Made by a program: the position numbers and the translations under genes | In this document: positions 24,764 to 34,422 of the stretch, one piece after another | Layout of the letters: each line of letters starts with the position of its first letter | Position numbering within the stretch: the stretch's first letter is position 1 | Notes under the pieces: model-generated | The model's database searches: none | What the model saw: the letters and a program-made list of their open reading frames with translations, nothing else | Told to the model about the DNA's origin: nothing | DNA from: Patescibacteria group bacterium | GTDB lineage: Bacteria; Patescibacteriota; Microgenomatia; UBA1406; HO2-37-13b | Reading direction: 5' to 3' | DNA length: 43,498 nucleotides | Assembly (NCBI GenBank): GCA_035290045.1 | Contig: DATDVH010000021.1 | Location: 1 to 43,498, forward strand

Positions 24764-25021
24764 TTATTTTTTTATTTCCTCATCTGATTCAATATGTTCC
24801 AAAATGGAACTAACTGATTTTTTAGCTAATTCTCCTGTTTTAAAGATGTTGTGTAAATGTTTGGTAACCGCGGGTCTTTGTATATTAAAAAGAGTTGCTA
24901 TTTGACTTTGAGTTAACCACACAGTTTCTTTCTCCATTCGTACATCCAATTTAACCTCGTTTTTAGAAGTTTGATAAATAAATATTTCCCCTCTATTTTG
25001 TTTCCTTATTATTTTTTTCAT
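24764..25021 (-). CDS. RhuM-family N-terminal (DNA-binding) domain-only protein
   Basis: 85 aa. EIFIYQTSKNEVKLDVRMEKETVWLTQSQIATLFNIQRPAVTKHLHNIFKTGEL matches the conserved RhuM/virulence-protein N-terminus. Full-length members are much longer. Confidence 0.6.
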   Translation of the reverse strand: MKKIIRKQNRGEIFIYQTSKNEVKLDVRMEKETVWLTQSQIATLFNIQRPAVTKHLHNIFKTGELAKKSVSSILEHIESDEEIKK

Positions 25022-25090
25022 AAGTCTAAAAATTATTTCAATCGAACTTGTTCTAAAATGGAATAGTATAATGATAGCTCATATTTCTTT

Positions 25091-28000
25091 TTATGCAATC
25101 GTTTGGCTTAAATCAACTGCATTCTCAACGAGAAAATGAAGACGGTCATCTTTGGTATCTATCTTTCCTTTTGCAAGTATCACGGTATTTTGAGTCCAGA
25201 TAGTTTTAGTCGCGGCATACGTACGAGGAAATACAATGGCTTCAATTGAACCTGTTTCATCAAAAAGTGTCACAAAAGCCATCTCTTTATTTTCTTTTTT
25301 TGTCACTATTTTTTTCATTCTACTTAATGTACCTGCGATAATATGCGTTTCCTCTGCGTCCTCTGCGGTAATTTCACCGATTTTTTTAGTTACCTTTTTT
25401 TCAATAATTCCTTTGAATTGTGCGAGAGGATTTTTGGTGATAAAAAAGCCTATTACTTCCTTTTCCATGGATAAAAGCTCTGATTCAGATAATTCATCAA
25501 CTACCGGAATGATGTCAGCACTATTTTTTTCAGAGGAAAGCGATGAAAAAAGTTGAAATTGGCCTTGCGTTTTTTCATTTTTCATACGAAGGGTTTTTTC
25601 AAGCGCGGAAGGGTAATACATCAATAATCCTGCTCTATTCCCAAATGCATCAAATGCTCCTGCTTTTATCAAACTTTCAATAGTCTTTTTATTAGCTTTT
25701 CGGACGTCAACGCGATATAAGAAATCTTTCAATCCGACAAAAAAGCCCTTGGCACGTGCATGAAGAATAGAATCAATAGCAGACTGCCCAACATGTTTGA
25801 TCGCGGACAATCCAAAACGGATTGCTTCTTTTTCAATCTTAAAATCATAATCTGATGTATTTATGTCAGGTGGAAGCACCTTGATATCCATGCTCCGACA
25901 TTCCTCAATTGACTGAATCATTTTTATCTCTCTCTGCGATCCTGCTACCCCCTGCAATTCTGCAGATAAAAGAGCAGTCATATACTCCACAGGGTAATTT
26001 GCTTTCATATACGCAGTCCAATAGGCGATCAACGCATATGAGGCAGAGTGAGGTTTGTTGAATCCATATCCAGCGAATTTCTCAATAAAACCAAAAATCT
26101 GATCAGCCAATTTCCTCGTATAATTATTTGCCAGACACCCCGCTATAAACTTTTTATACTCCTTCTTCATCAGCGCCTTTTTCTTTTTTCCCATTGCCAT
26201 ACGCAAAATATCTGCTTCAGTCATAGAATATCCTGCTATTTTATTGGCAATCTCCATGACTTGTTCTTGATAGACAAGCACTCCGTATGTTTCTTCCAAA
26301 ATCGCTTTGAGATCGGCGTGAAGATATTTGATTTTACGAGGATTTTTCTTACCCTCAAGAAAAAGCGGAATGATATCCATAGGTCCTGGGCGATATAACG
26401 CCACCATAGCTGATATATCGGTGATTTTACTCGGTTGAAGCTCTTTTGCTAATCTTCGCATTCCTTGAGATTCAAGTTGAAATACCCCCACGGTATGCCC
26501 TTTTCCAATCAGTTCAAATGTCTTGGTATCGTCAATTGCGATATTGTGTATATCAATGGTATTTCCTGTTGATTGCTGTACATATTTAATTGCATTCTCT
26601 AAAATAGTAAGATTGCGAAGACCCAAAAAATCAACCTTCAAAAGTCCTACTGCTTTATTATCAGATACGGCATTGAGATCAATACAGTACATATCATATT
26701 GAGTAATGATGCGATCACCTTTTACTTCTTTTTGAAGCGGTACATAGGTAGTCAATTCGCAATCGGCTATTACGACCCCTGCGGCATGAACAGACGAATG
26801 TCGTGCCAATCCTTCAACTTTACGAGCAATATCAATAGCTTTTTTTACCTCCTCTTCGTTGTCATAGATATATTTCAGTGCAGGATTTTCCTCAAGCGCC
26901 TTTTCAATAGTCATAGCAAAACCTTGTTTTCCCTGTGGTATCATTTTGGCAATACGATCTCCAAATGCATATGACATTCCTAGCGCCCGAGATACATCTC
27001 TGATGGCAAGCCGTGCCTCCATACGTCCAAAAGTGATGATCTGCGCCACCTTTTCTTTTCCGTATTTTTGCGTAACATACGCAATTACTTCGTCTCGTCT
27101 GGTATCTGCAAAATCAATATCAATATCCGGAGGAGTTGGTCTATCGGGATTTAAGAAACGTTCAAAGGGCAAATTATACTCAATCGGATCAATATCAGTA
27201 ATTCGCAGTATATATGCGACTAACGAACCAGCGACCGATCCTCTCCCAGGACCGACTGCAATATGTTTGCTTTTTGCCCAATTGACAAAATCTGATACAA
27301 TCAAAAAGTACGTCGCATACCCTTTTTGAGATATAATCGTTAATTCATATTCTATTCGTTTCATGATCTCCTCAGAAGGATGGGTAAAACGATTATTGAT
27401 TGCATTATGAACTAAAGTGTGCAAATACTGTTCGGAAGTTTCCTTTGTTTTTATAGGAAACTCAGGTAAAATCCATGTCCCATACGGTATCTCTACGTTA
27501 CAAAGAGATACAATTCTTTCGGTGTTTTCAATCGCTTCTGGTAAATCGCTAAAAAGACCCCTCATCTCTGCTTCTGATTTGAAATAAAAATCTGGCGTAT
27601 CTATCATAGAGAGAGACCTATTTTCCTCCACAATAGTGCGACCTGTCTGTATACAGAGAAGAATTTCTTGAGCATAGGCATCATATTCTGATATATAATG
27701 CACATCAACAGTAGCTACAAGAGGTACTGCATATGTACGAGCAAGCGCAATCAAACCCTTATTGACCATATCATCTTTTTCACTTTTCCTGTGCCTTTGT
27801 AATTCAATATAAAAATCATCTTTATAAAGAGAAAGATATTTTTTTAGAATTGATTCAGCAGAGCTTGTCTGACCTTCAGCTATAAGTGAAGGAATCTCTC
27901 CGTTCAGACAGCCAGAAAGTGCAATAATCCCTTCACGATATCGCGAAAGTGTCTCAAAATCTACACGCGGTTTATAATAGTACCCTTCCAAATGCGCTAC

Positions 28001-28318
28001 CGTTACTATTTTCATCAAATTCATGTATCCTTGATAATTTTTTGCCAAAAGTACTAAATGATATTGGTCGCGATCTATGCCCGGCTGTCTGTCGTGCCGT
28101 GAATTTTTTGCCTTATACAGCTCAACTCCTAGTATGGGTTTTATTCCTTTTTCTTGCGCTTTGATATAAAAATCAAAAATACCATACATAGCGCCATGAT
28201 CAGTCAAAGCAACTGACTTCATACCGTGAGAAAGCGTAGAATCAACTAATTGATTTATTTTAATCAGTCCATCAAGAAGTGAATATTCTGAATGTACGTG
28301 CAAATGAGTAAAAGACAT
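25091..28318 (-). CDS. dnaE: DNA polymerase III alpha subunit
   Basis: 1075 aa. PHP N-terminus (FTHLHVHSEYSLLDG), the palm motif PDIDIDF, GLLKVDFLGLRNLT, YGFNKPHSASYA, and a C-terminal OB fold. Confidence 0.97.
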   Translation of the reverse strand: MSFTHLHVHSEYSLLDGLIKINQLVDSTLSHGMKSVALTDHGAMYGIFDFYIKAQEKGIKPILGVELYKAKNSRHDRQPGIDRDQYHLVLLAKNYQGYMNLMKIVTVAHLEGYYYKPRVDFETLSRYREGIIALSGCLNGEIPSLIAEGQTSSAESILKKYLSLYKDDFYIELQRHRKSEKDDMVNKGLIALARTYAVPLVATVDVHYISEYDAYAQEILLCIQTGRTIVEENRSLSMIDTPDFYFKSEAEMRGLFSDLPEAIENTERIVSLCNVEIPYGTWILPEFPIKTKETSEQYLHTLVHNAINNRFTHPSEEIMKRIEYELTIISQKGYATYFLIVSDFVNWAKSKHIAVGPGRGSVAGSLVAYILRITDIDPIEYNLPFERFLNPDRPTPPDIDIDFADTRRDEVIAYVTQKYGKEKVAQIITFGRMEARLAIRDVSRALGMSYAFGDRIAKMIPQGKQGFAMTIEKALEENPALKYIYDNEEEVKKAIDIARKVEGLARHSSVHAAGVVIADCELTTYVPLQKEVKGDRIITQYDMYCIDLNAVSDNKAVGLLKVDFLGLRNLTILENAIKYVQQSTGNTIDIHNIAIDDTKTFELIGKGHTVGVFQLESQGMRRLAKELQPSKITDISAMVALYRPGPMDIIPLFLEGKKNPRKIKYLHADLKAILEETYGVLVYQEQVMEIANKIAGYSMTEADILRMAMGKKKKALMKKEYKKFIAGCLANNYTRKLADQIFGFIEKFAGYGFNKPHSASYALIAYWTAYMKANYPVEYMTALLSAELQGVAGSQREIKMIQSIEECRSMDIKVLPPDINTSDYDFKIEKEAIRFGLSAIKHVGQSAIDSILHARAKGFFVGLKDFLYRVDVRKANKKTIESLIKAGAFDAFGNRAGLLMYYPSALEKTLRMKNEKTQGQFQLFSSLSSEKNSADIIPVVDELSESELLSMEKEVIGFFITKNPLAQFKGIIEKKVTKKIGEITAEDAEETHIIAGTLSRMKKIVTKKENKEMAFVTLFDETGSIEAIVFPRTYAATKTIWTQNTVILAKGKIDTKDDRLHFLVENAVDLSQTIA

Positions 28319-28403
28319 TGGTTAAAGTAAAATATAAAAAATAAAATATAAAAAAGAAAAAATACTATACAAAATGAAAAGTTAAAAGCTAAAAATTAGC
28401 TTA

Positions 28404-29759
28404 CTATAAAATGTGTATTGCTTCTTCAAGTTTCTTCCTCACTTCTTGCGGGTTGGCTTTTCCCTTCAGTTCTTTCATGACCTGACCAACAAGAAACATG
28501 ATTGAGCTCTGCTTACCTTTTTTATAATCTGCACTAGCTTGAGGATTCAGTTTTATTACGTGAGAAATTGTTGATAAAAAAACTTCTTCATTTATCTTTT
28601 GCGGAGTAAGAATCTTCAGTGATTTCTCAGCAAATTCTTTAATTGGAATATCCGTTGATATTTTCTTATTCACCATAAAATTGGCAATTTCTTTATAAAT
28701 AACTTTCTCATTTTGTTTTTTCAAATAAGTAATAACTTCTTCAAAATACTGTGCTTTTAACGCACTGTGTGTTATGATTTCTGCCACATCATGTCGCAAC
28801 CCATACTCGCTCATATACCGCTCTAATTTCTGATGCGGAAGTTCAGGAAGAACTATTTTGGAAAGCATACCTTCATCAAAATACATCGGCGGAATATCAG
28901 GTTCGGGAAAATAACGATAATCGTGCGCTTCTTCTTTTGTGCGTTGCGTATATGTTTCTTTTTTTCCCTCGTCAAATCCCCTTGTTTCCTGCTCTGGCAT
29001 TTCTCCTTTTTCCAACATCTCACTCTGTCTTTTTATCTCATAATCTATCGCTTGTTTTACAAAACGAAATGAATTGATATTTTTCACTTCCACTTTATAC
29101 GACGGCAAGTAATTTTTCATTTTTAATCCCTCGGATTTGCTCGGGACAAGCTTTTCATTTTTAACTTCTAATGATATATTCGGCTCCATCCGCATACTCC
29201 CCTTTTCCATGTCGCAATCTGAGACGTCTAAATAGCGAATAAGTGTGTGCAACTCTTCAAGAAAATATTTGACATCATCTGCATTGTCAAAATCAGGTTC
29301 AGTCACAATCTCAACAAGAGGGACACCCGAGCGATTGAAATCAATCAGTGTCTCAGTCTCTTTATGAATGAGTTTTCCCGTGTCTTCCTCAATATGCACT
29401 CTTCGTATTCTAAATCTTTTTTCTTCAATTTTTAATTTGAGCCAGCCTCTGCTGGCTATTGGTTGATCATACTGACTGATCTGATAACCTTTTGGCAGAT
29501 CGGGATAAAAGTAATGTTTACGGTCAAATTTGGACACAGTATTCAGCTGACAGTTTAATGCTTTTCCAATACGTTGCGTCCATTCTATTGCTTTTTTATT
29601 GGGTACTGGCAATGCCCCGGGAAGTCCTAAACATACAGGGCACGTCTGTGTGTTTGGCGGTTTGCCAAAATAATTTGCAGGGCATTGACAAAACATCTTT
29701 GCCTTTGTTTTTAATTCAACATGTATCTCAAGACCGATGACAGGCTGATATTTATTCAT
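28404..29759 (-). CDS. gatB: Asp/Glu-tRNA amidotransferase subunit B
   Basis: VIGLEIHVELKTKAKMFC, CPVCLGLPGALP, HIEEDTGK, RYFPEPDIPP. Confidence 0.95.
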   Translation of the reverse strand: MNKYQPVIGLEIHVELKTKAKMFCQCPANYFGKPPNTQTCPVCLGLPGALPVPNKKAIEWTQRIGKALNCQLNTVSKFDRKHYFYPDLPKGYQISQYDQPIASRGWLKLKIEEKRFRIRRVHIEEDTGKLIHKETETLIDFNRSGVPLVEIVTEPDFDNADDVKYFLEELHTLIRYLDVSDCDMEKGSMRMEPNISLEVKNEKLVPSKSEGLKMKNYLPSYKVEVKNINSFRFVKQAIDYEIKRQSEMLEKGEMPEQETRGFDEGKKETYTQRTKEEAHDYRYFPEPDIPPMYFDEGMLSKIVLPELPHQKLERYMSEYGLRHDVAEIITHSALKAQYFEEVITYLKKQNEKVIYKEIANFMVNKKISTDIPIKEFAEKSLKILTPQKINEEVFLSTISHVIKLNPQASADYKKGKQSSIMFLVGQVMKELKGKANPQEVRKKLEEAIHIL

Positions 29760-31215
29760 AGGGACGAAAGGCTTTTGGTATCACCATATATAATTCAATG
29801 GAAAGTTGTTTTAATTCTGCTAAAGAATAGGTAGATGTAATCTTTTTATATATTTCTTCATTATCCTTTTGTAAATCACTTAAAAAACTTTCTCCGTTCT
29901 TATTTATTTTTTTTACTTCTTCAAGAAAATACTTGCCGTCTGCGGCTCCAAAAATGATCGCTCCTTTCAATGTGCGAGAAAGTAACATTTCCGCGATCAT
30001 TCTTCTTATAGCATATCGTGATCGCTCATCATACAGTTGTTTTTCTAACGAAGACAGAATTTTTTCTCTCTCAATAACTTTTTGCGCTGTTGCTTTGATA
30101 TCACCCGGCAAATTTTCCCTTTTTACATCATAATAAAGTGCACATGCTTTTCTATAAGCAGAGTCAGCTTTGTCCCTCAAATAAATAGAACTATTATGAT
30201 CTTCTGAAATGTTACGTTTGTACTTATCAATACCAATTATATTTACATCAGAATAGTCTGCATATATTCTAAATACTGATTGATCTGCTAATTTATTCTG
30301 CATTTCTCTCACTCTTCTTTTTAGTAATTCGCTTGGTCTTCCAGAGTCAATCATGCCTTGCATTTTTTTCAATTCTTTTATTTTCAGCTCTTTATATTGC
30401 TGTATATTTATAGGTTTTCCTTCTCCATCTACAGGATCGTCTTCATATCCTATGATAGCAAAGTTTTGGACATAAAGTGCTTTATACATTTTATATATCT
30501 CATCGTGCCCTTTTAATGTAGAACTATATCTATTATTGTCTCTTGAATCCCACTCATGCCTGTCTCCAAAATGAATGATTGATAGATGTGTTGACGCATT
30601 ACTCTTCTCCTTTACCTCACTTGCAACCACTAACCCATGCTCCCTCAACGGTAATAACCATGAAGGAATATTTCCAATCTCCTGTAGAGAGGATTCAGCG
30701 TCTAAATCCCAATCAGAATCTGTACGTAAATCATCTATTTTTGTTTCTAAGTAATCAATTTCTTCACGAAATTTTAGCTTTTGTTGGGAAGAAAAAAAAG
30801 AATAGAGACTCACGGCAAATTCTACGTTGAACTCTGCAAGTTCTAAAACAAGATTATCGGTTTTCTGATTACCTTTCGTATCAATCTCGCCAATGCGGTT
30901 ATGACAATATCTAAAAAACTCTTCACATTTTTGATCGGTTATACCCTCTATACTATCTTGAGCAAACACATCTTTTTTGTTTGATATAAAATTGCTCAAT
31001 TTTTCTAGTGCGACTGTCGTTATAACACTAGTTACCCCTTTTGCAGTGAGCTCTAAAAATTTTCTTCTCCCGTATCCTTTTATAGGATTAGTATCAAAAG
31101 ATTGTTTCTTTTTTTCTTGAGACGTATCTTCAGTGGGTTTATTCAACGGTAATATTTTTTTAAAAAAATCACGTCTTGGCAAAGTTGTTTGTTCAAGATT
31201 TGATCCTTCAGACAT
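29752..31215 (-). CDS. Hypothetical 487-aa protein inserted between gatA and gatB
   Basis: The start overlaps the gatA stop (31208-31215) and the stop overlaps the gatB start (29752-29759). Two RR-x-F motifs occur near the N-terminus (PRRDFFKKILP; GRRKFLELTAKGVTSVITTVAL). No family was recognised with confidence. Confidence 0.8.
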   Translation of the reverse strand: MSEGSNLEQTTLPRRDFFKKILPLNKPTEDTSQEKKKQSFDTNPIKGYGRRKFLELTAKGVTSVITTVALEKLSNFISNKKDVFAQDSIEGITDQKCEEFFRYCHNRIGEIDTKGNQKTDNLVLELAEFNVEFAVSLYSFFSSQQKLKFREEIDYLETKIDDLRTDSDWDLDAESSLQEIGNIPSWLLPLREHGLVVASEVKEKSNASTHLSIIHFGDRHEWDSRDNNRYSSTLKGHDEIYKMYKALYVQNFAIIGYEDDPVDGEGKPINIQQYKELKIKELKKMQGMIDSGRPSELLKRRVREMQNKLADQSVFRIYADYSDVNIIGIDKYKRNISEDHNSSIYLRDKADSAYRKACALYYDVKRENLPGDIKATAQKVIEREKILSSLEKQLYDERSRYAIRRMIAEMLLSRTLKGAIIFGAADGKYFLEEVKKINKNGESFLSDLQKDNEEIYKKITSTYSLAELKQLSIELYMVIPKAFRPYE

Positions 31216-32599
31216 ATTTTTTTAATCCTTCTTTAATAACTCCAAAAAAATCAGTCTCTTTTTCAAATTGATGCGCAAGATTAAGAATTGATTTTTCATC
31301 AAAATGTCGTCCGACAATCTGCATACCAATAGGCAAGTTTTTACTGTCCAAACCAATAGGAATACTTATCGCTGGAAGACCAGCAATCGCCGCAGGTTCA
31401 TTCAACACATCCATCATCTCGCCAAAAAAAGGATATTTTTCCCATTCACCGATTTTAAGCGCTGTTTTTGGCGTTGTCGGAGCGATAATCATATCAACCT
31501 CTTTGAATACTTTTATGAAATCTTGTCTAATCATCTCGCGCACTATCAAAGCTTTTTTATAATATGCTTCATAATAACCATGAGACAATGTATATGTACC
31601 AAACATAATACGTCTTTTTGCTTCGCCTCCAAAAAACTCACGTGAATTCCCATATCGTATACCATCATATCGGGATAAATTAGAAGATACCTCGGAGCGT
31701 TGAAGTATAGTATATACAGAGATAGAGTATTTTGGGTGTATAAGTTTAATTTTTTTGAATGTATGACCCTTTTTTTTCAAAAGGTCTATGCATTCATACA
31801 CTTTCCTTGTAATCTCACTATCTACGCCATCAAAATACTCATCTGCAAAACCAATCGTATATTTTTCCTTTGATTCCAAAAAAAGTGAATAGTGATCTAC
31901 TTTATTATCTGCAGATGTCGCATCATATGGATCACGACCAGCAAGCACTTCAAGTATGAGAGCAGAATCGTTCACTGTCAAAGTCATACTACCTGGACAA
32001 TCTAATGACGAACCCATGGCAATCACACCATATCTAGACACCCTTCCGTATGTCGGCTTGAGACCCACTATCCCACACCATGCGGCTGGTTGTCTGATTG
32101 ACCCAGCAGTCTCCGAACCAATTGCAAGAGGAGATAAATAAGTAGAAACCGAAGCGGCTGAACCTCCTGATGAACCTCCTGGGACACAAGTGAGATCGTG
32201 CGGATTTTTGGTCGCACCATAATCTGACGTCTCAGTTGACGATCCATGCGCCCACGCATCCATATTTGTTTTCCCAAGAATTGTTGCACCAGCTTGTTTT
32301 AATAAAGCGATCACAGTGGCATCATACGGTGGAATAAATCCATCAAGCACTTTTGATGACGCTGTTGTCCGTATGCCTTTGGTGCAAAAGTTATCTTTGA
32401 TCGCAAGAGGTATCCCATAAAGAGGTTTTTGAAGCATACTGTCTTCACTGAGAGAATCAAAAATGGTAATGTAGGCATTCAATGTCGGATTATATTTCCT
32501 TATACGCGCACTAAAATATGCATGCAGTTCACGATGTGAAAGTGTTTTTTTTTTGAGTAACTCAATGAGTTCTACAGCTGATTTTCCTAAAAGGTTCAT
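31208..32599 (-). CDS. gatA: Glu-tRNA(Gln) amidotransferase subunit A
   Basis: Amidase signature GGSSGGSAASV, plus KDNFCTKGIRTTASS. Confidence 0.95.
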   Translation of the reverse strand: MNLLGKSAVELIELLKKKTLSHRELHAYFSARIRKYNPTLNAYITIFDSLSEDSMLQKPLYGIPLAIKDNFCTKGIRTTASSKVLDGFIPPYDATVIALLKQAGATILGKTNMDAWAHGSSTETSDYGATKNPHDLTCVPGGSSGGSAASVSTYLSPLAIGSETAGSIRQPAAWCGIVGLKPTYGRVSRYGVIAMGSSLDCPGSMTLTVNDSALILEVLAGRDPYDATSADNKVDHYSLFLESKEKYTIGFADEYFDGVDSEITRKVYECIDLLKKKGHTFKKIKLIHPKYSISVYTILQRSEVSSNLSRYDGIRYGNSREFFGGEAKRRIMFGTYTLSHGYYEAYYKKALIVREMIRQDFIKVFKEVDMIIAPTTPKTALKIGEWEKYPFFGEMMDVLNEPAAIAGLPAISIPIGLDSKNLPIGMQIVGRHFDEKSILNLAHQFEKETDFFGVIKEGLKKYV

Positions 32600-32892
32600 A
32601 AAATTTTATCAACAAGAAAATAGTTATCTTTTTTATTTTGAGTGTTTGATAATGCTTGATCTTGTGTTAATACGCGTTTATCAGAGAAAATATCTTCAAA
32701 AAATACATTTTCTTCGCGGATTTCAGAATGACCATCATTTTTTCCATCTACAATCTCATTCAGATTATTAACATATTCAAGCGTCTCACTCAATTGTTTT
32801 TTATATTTTTCAAGCTCCTCGTCATTCAATTGTAATTGTGCGAGGTGTGAAAGATGTACTACCTCTTTTTTAGTTAAGTCTTTTTTACTCAT
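32596..32892 (-). CDS. gatC: Asp/Glu-tRNA amidotransferase subunit C
   Basis: 98 aa. VVHLSHLAQLQLNDEELEKYKKQLSETLEYV is typical of GatC, and its stop overlaps the gatA start. Confidence 0.85.
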   Translation of the reverse strand: MSKKDLTKKEVVHLSHLAQLQLNDEELEKYKKQLSETLEYVNNLNEIVDGKNDGHSEIREENVFFEDIFSDKRVLTQDQALSNTQNKKDNYFLVDKIL

Positions 32893-32901
32893 AAGAAATC
32901 C

Positions 32902-33807
32902 TTATATACTTCTTAATATCTTAATTCGCTCCTCAACTGGCGGATGAGTACTGAATAAAGTCGCAATCCATGAAAACTTATTCTTTTTCTTATGATACGG
33001 ATTTGAAATAAAAAGATGCGCAGTAGCATTTGACGCAGTATGAAGGATGCGTGGATCAGACGATATTTTTTCAAGCGCCCTAGCAAGAGCTTCAGGATTA
33101 CGGGTCAAAAGTGCTGATGACGCATCGGCCAAGAACTCCCTTCTTCTTGAGACCGCAAGTTGGATAAGAGTTGCGATAATCGGCATCAGAATAAGGAAAA
33201 CTATAAAAAGTACGAATGATACAACATTACCTCCTCTGCCATTATCATTATTACTACGACGTAATCCTCCCCACCACATCATACGCATGATCCAATCTGA
33301 CACAAATACTAAGGTACCCACCAATATCGTCACAATACTCATTACCAATATATCATAATTTTTTACGTGCGATAATTCATGTCCAATCACTCCTTCAAGC
33401 TCTGACCTTTCGAGACGAGAAAGAATACCAGTCGTCGCCACAATAACTGCATGGTGGGGATTTCTCCCGGTTGCGAACGCATTCAAAGCAGAATCCCGTA
33501 TGACATAAAGCTTTGGCATAGGAAGACCAGCGGCAATAGAGAGGTTTTCTGTCACCGTATAAAAATCAAAATATTCTTCTTTTGAAGCTCGTTTGGCGCC
33601 TGTCATGAGTAAGACGATCTTATCTGAGTAAAAATAGCTTCCTATGCCTGATGCAAACGATAGAACCATCCCAATAAGAAAATAGCTTGTAGAATCACCG
33701 ACGTACGTACCAACAAGGTAGAAAAAAAATGAAATGAGCGCGATAAAAAGCGCAATAATCATAGAGGTACGCCATTTGTTTGCACTGATTTGGTTGTATA
33801 TGGTCAT
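32902..33807 (-). CDS. htpX: M48-family zinc metalloprotease HtpX
   Basis: HELSH zinc motif (GHELSHVKNYD), four TM segments, and the C-terminal tail STHPPVEERI. Confidence 0.9.
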   Translation of the reverse strand: MTIYNQISANKWRTSMIIALFIALISFFFYLVGTYVGDSTSYFLIGMVLSFASGIGSYFYSDKIVLLMTGAKRASKEEYFDFYTVTENLSIAAGLPMPKLYVIRDSALNAFATGRNPHHAVIVATTGILSRLERSELEGVIGHELSHVKNYDILVMSIVTILVGTLVFVSDWIMRMMWWGGLRRSNNDNGRGGNVVSFVLFIVFLILMPIIATLIQLAVSRRREFLADASSALLTRNPEALARALEKISSDPRILHTASNATAHLFISNPYHKKKNKFSWIATLFSTHPPVEERIKILRSI

Positions 33808-33813
33808 AAGAAA

Positions 33814-34368
33814 TTAATCAAATTTTACATCAACTTTCTTGCGTTCTTCTTCACTCGCTTCAAAAAAAACTTCTTCAGAAAAATTAAATATGTTTGCGAG
33901 AATATGATTTGGGAACACTTTTATTTTTGTATTATATTCTAATACATTGCTATTGTAAAATTGACGTGAAAAGGCAATCTTGTCTTCAGTATCTTCAAGC
34001 TGTCTTTGAAGTTGTGAAAAATTTTCGCTTGCCTTCAATTGGGGATAGCTTTCAGCTACTGCAAATAATGATTTAAGCGCTCCTGATAACATATTATTTG
34101 CCTCTGCCTTATCTATTGGTGACTGAGCTGATAAAAGACTCGCTCGCGCTTTGGTAACATTTTCAAGTACTCCTTTTTCATGAGATGCATACCCTTTCAC
34201 TGTCTCAATCAAATTTGGAATAAGATCTGTTCTTCTCTTAAGTTGTACATCAATACCAGACAATGCTTCTTTGATACGCGCCTTAATTGTTACCAATCCA
34301 TTATAAGTCGCCCATACGTAAAGAGCACTGATCACTATAACTCCTATTAAAATTACTCCTGTATTCAT
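33814..34368 (-). CDS. lemA: LemA family protein
   Basis: An N-terminal TM followed by YNGLV....[33 protein letters not shown], and paired with htpX as usual. Confidence 0.9.
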   Translation of the reverse strand: MNTGVILIGVIVISALYVWATYNGLVTIKARIKEALSGIDVQLKRRTDLIPNLIETVKGYASHEKGVLENVTKARASLLSAQSPIDKAEANNMLSGALKSLFAVAESYPQLKASENFSQLQRQLEDTEDKIAFSRQFYNSNVLEYNTKIKVFPNHILANIFNFSEEVFFEASEEERKKVDVKFD

Positions 34369-34422
34369 TAATGTTCACCCCGCTTTCTTTTTTTGATACT
34401 TGTAACTTTTAATTATTGACTT

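Noticed and set aside
24484-24813. 109-aa plus-strand ORF across the mod1 start region
   Set aside because: It is antisense to mod1 and to the RhuM-like ORF. Its low-complexity F/S-rich translation is typical of the reverse frame of Lys/Glu-rich genes.
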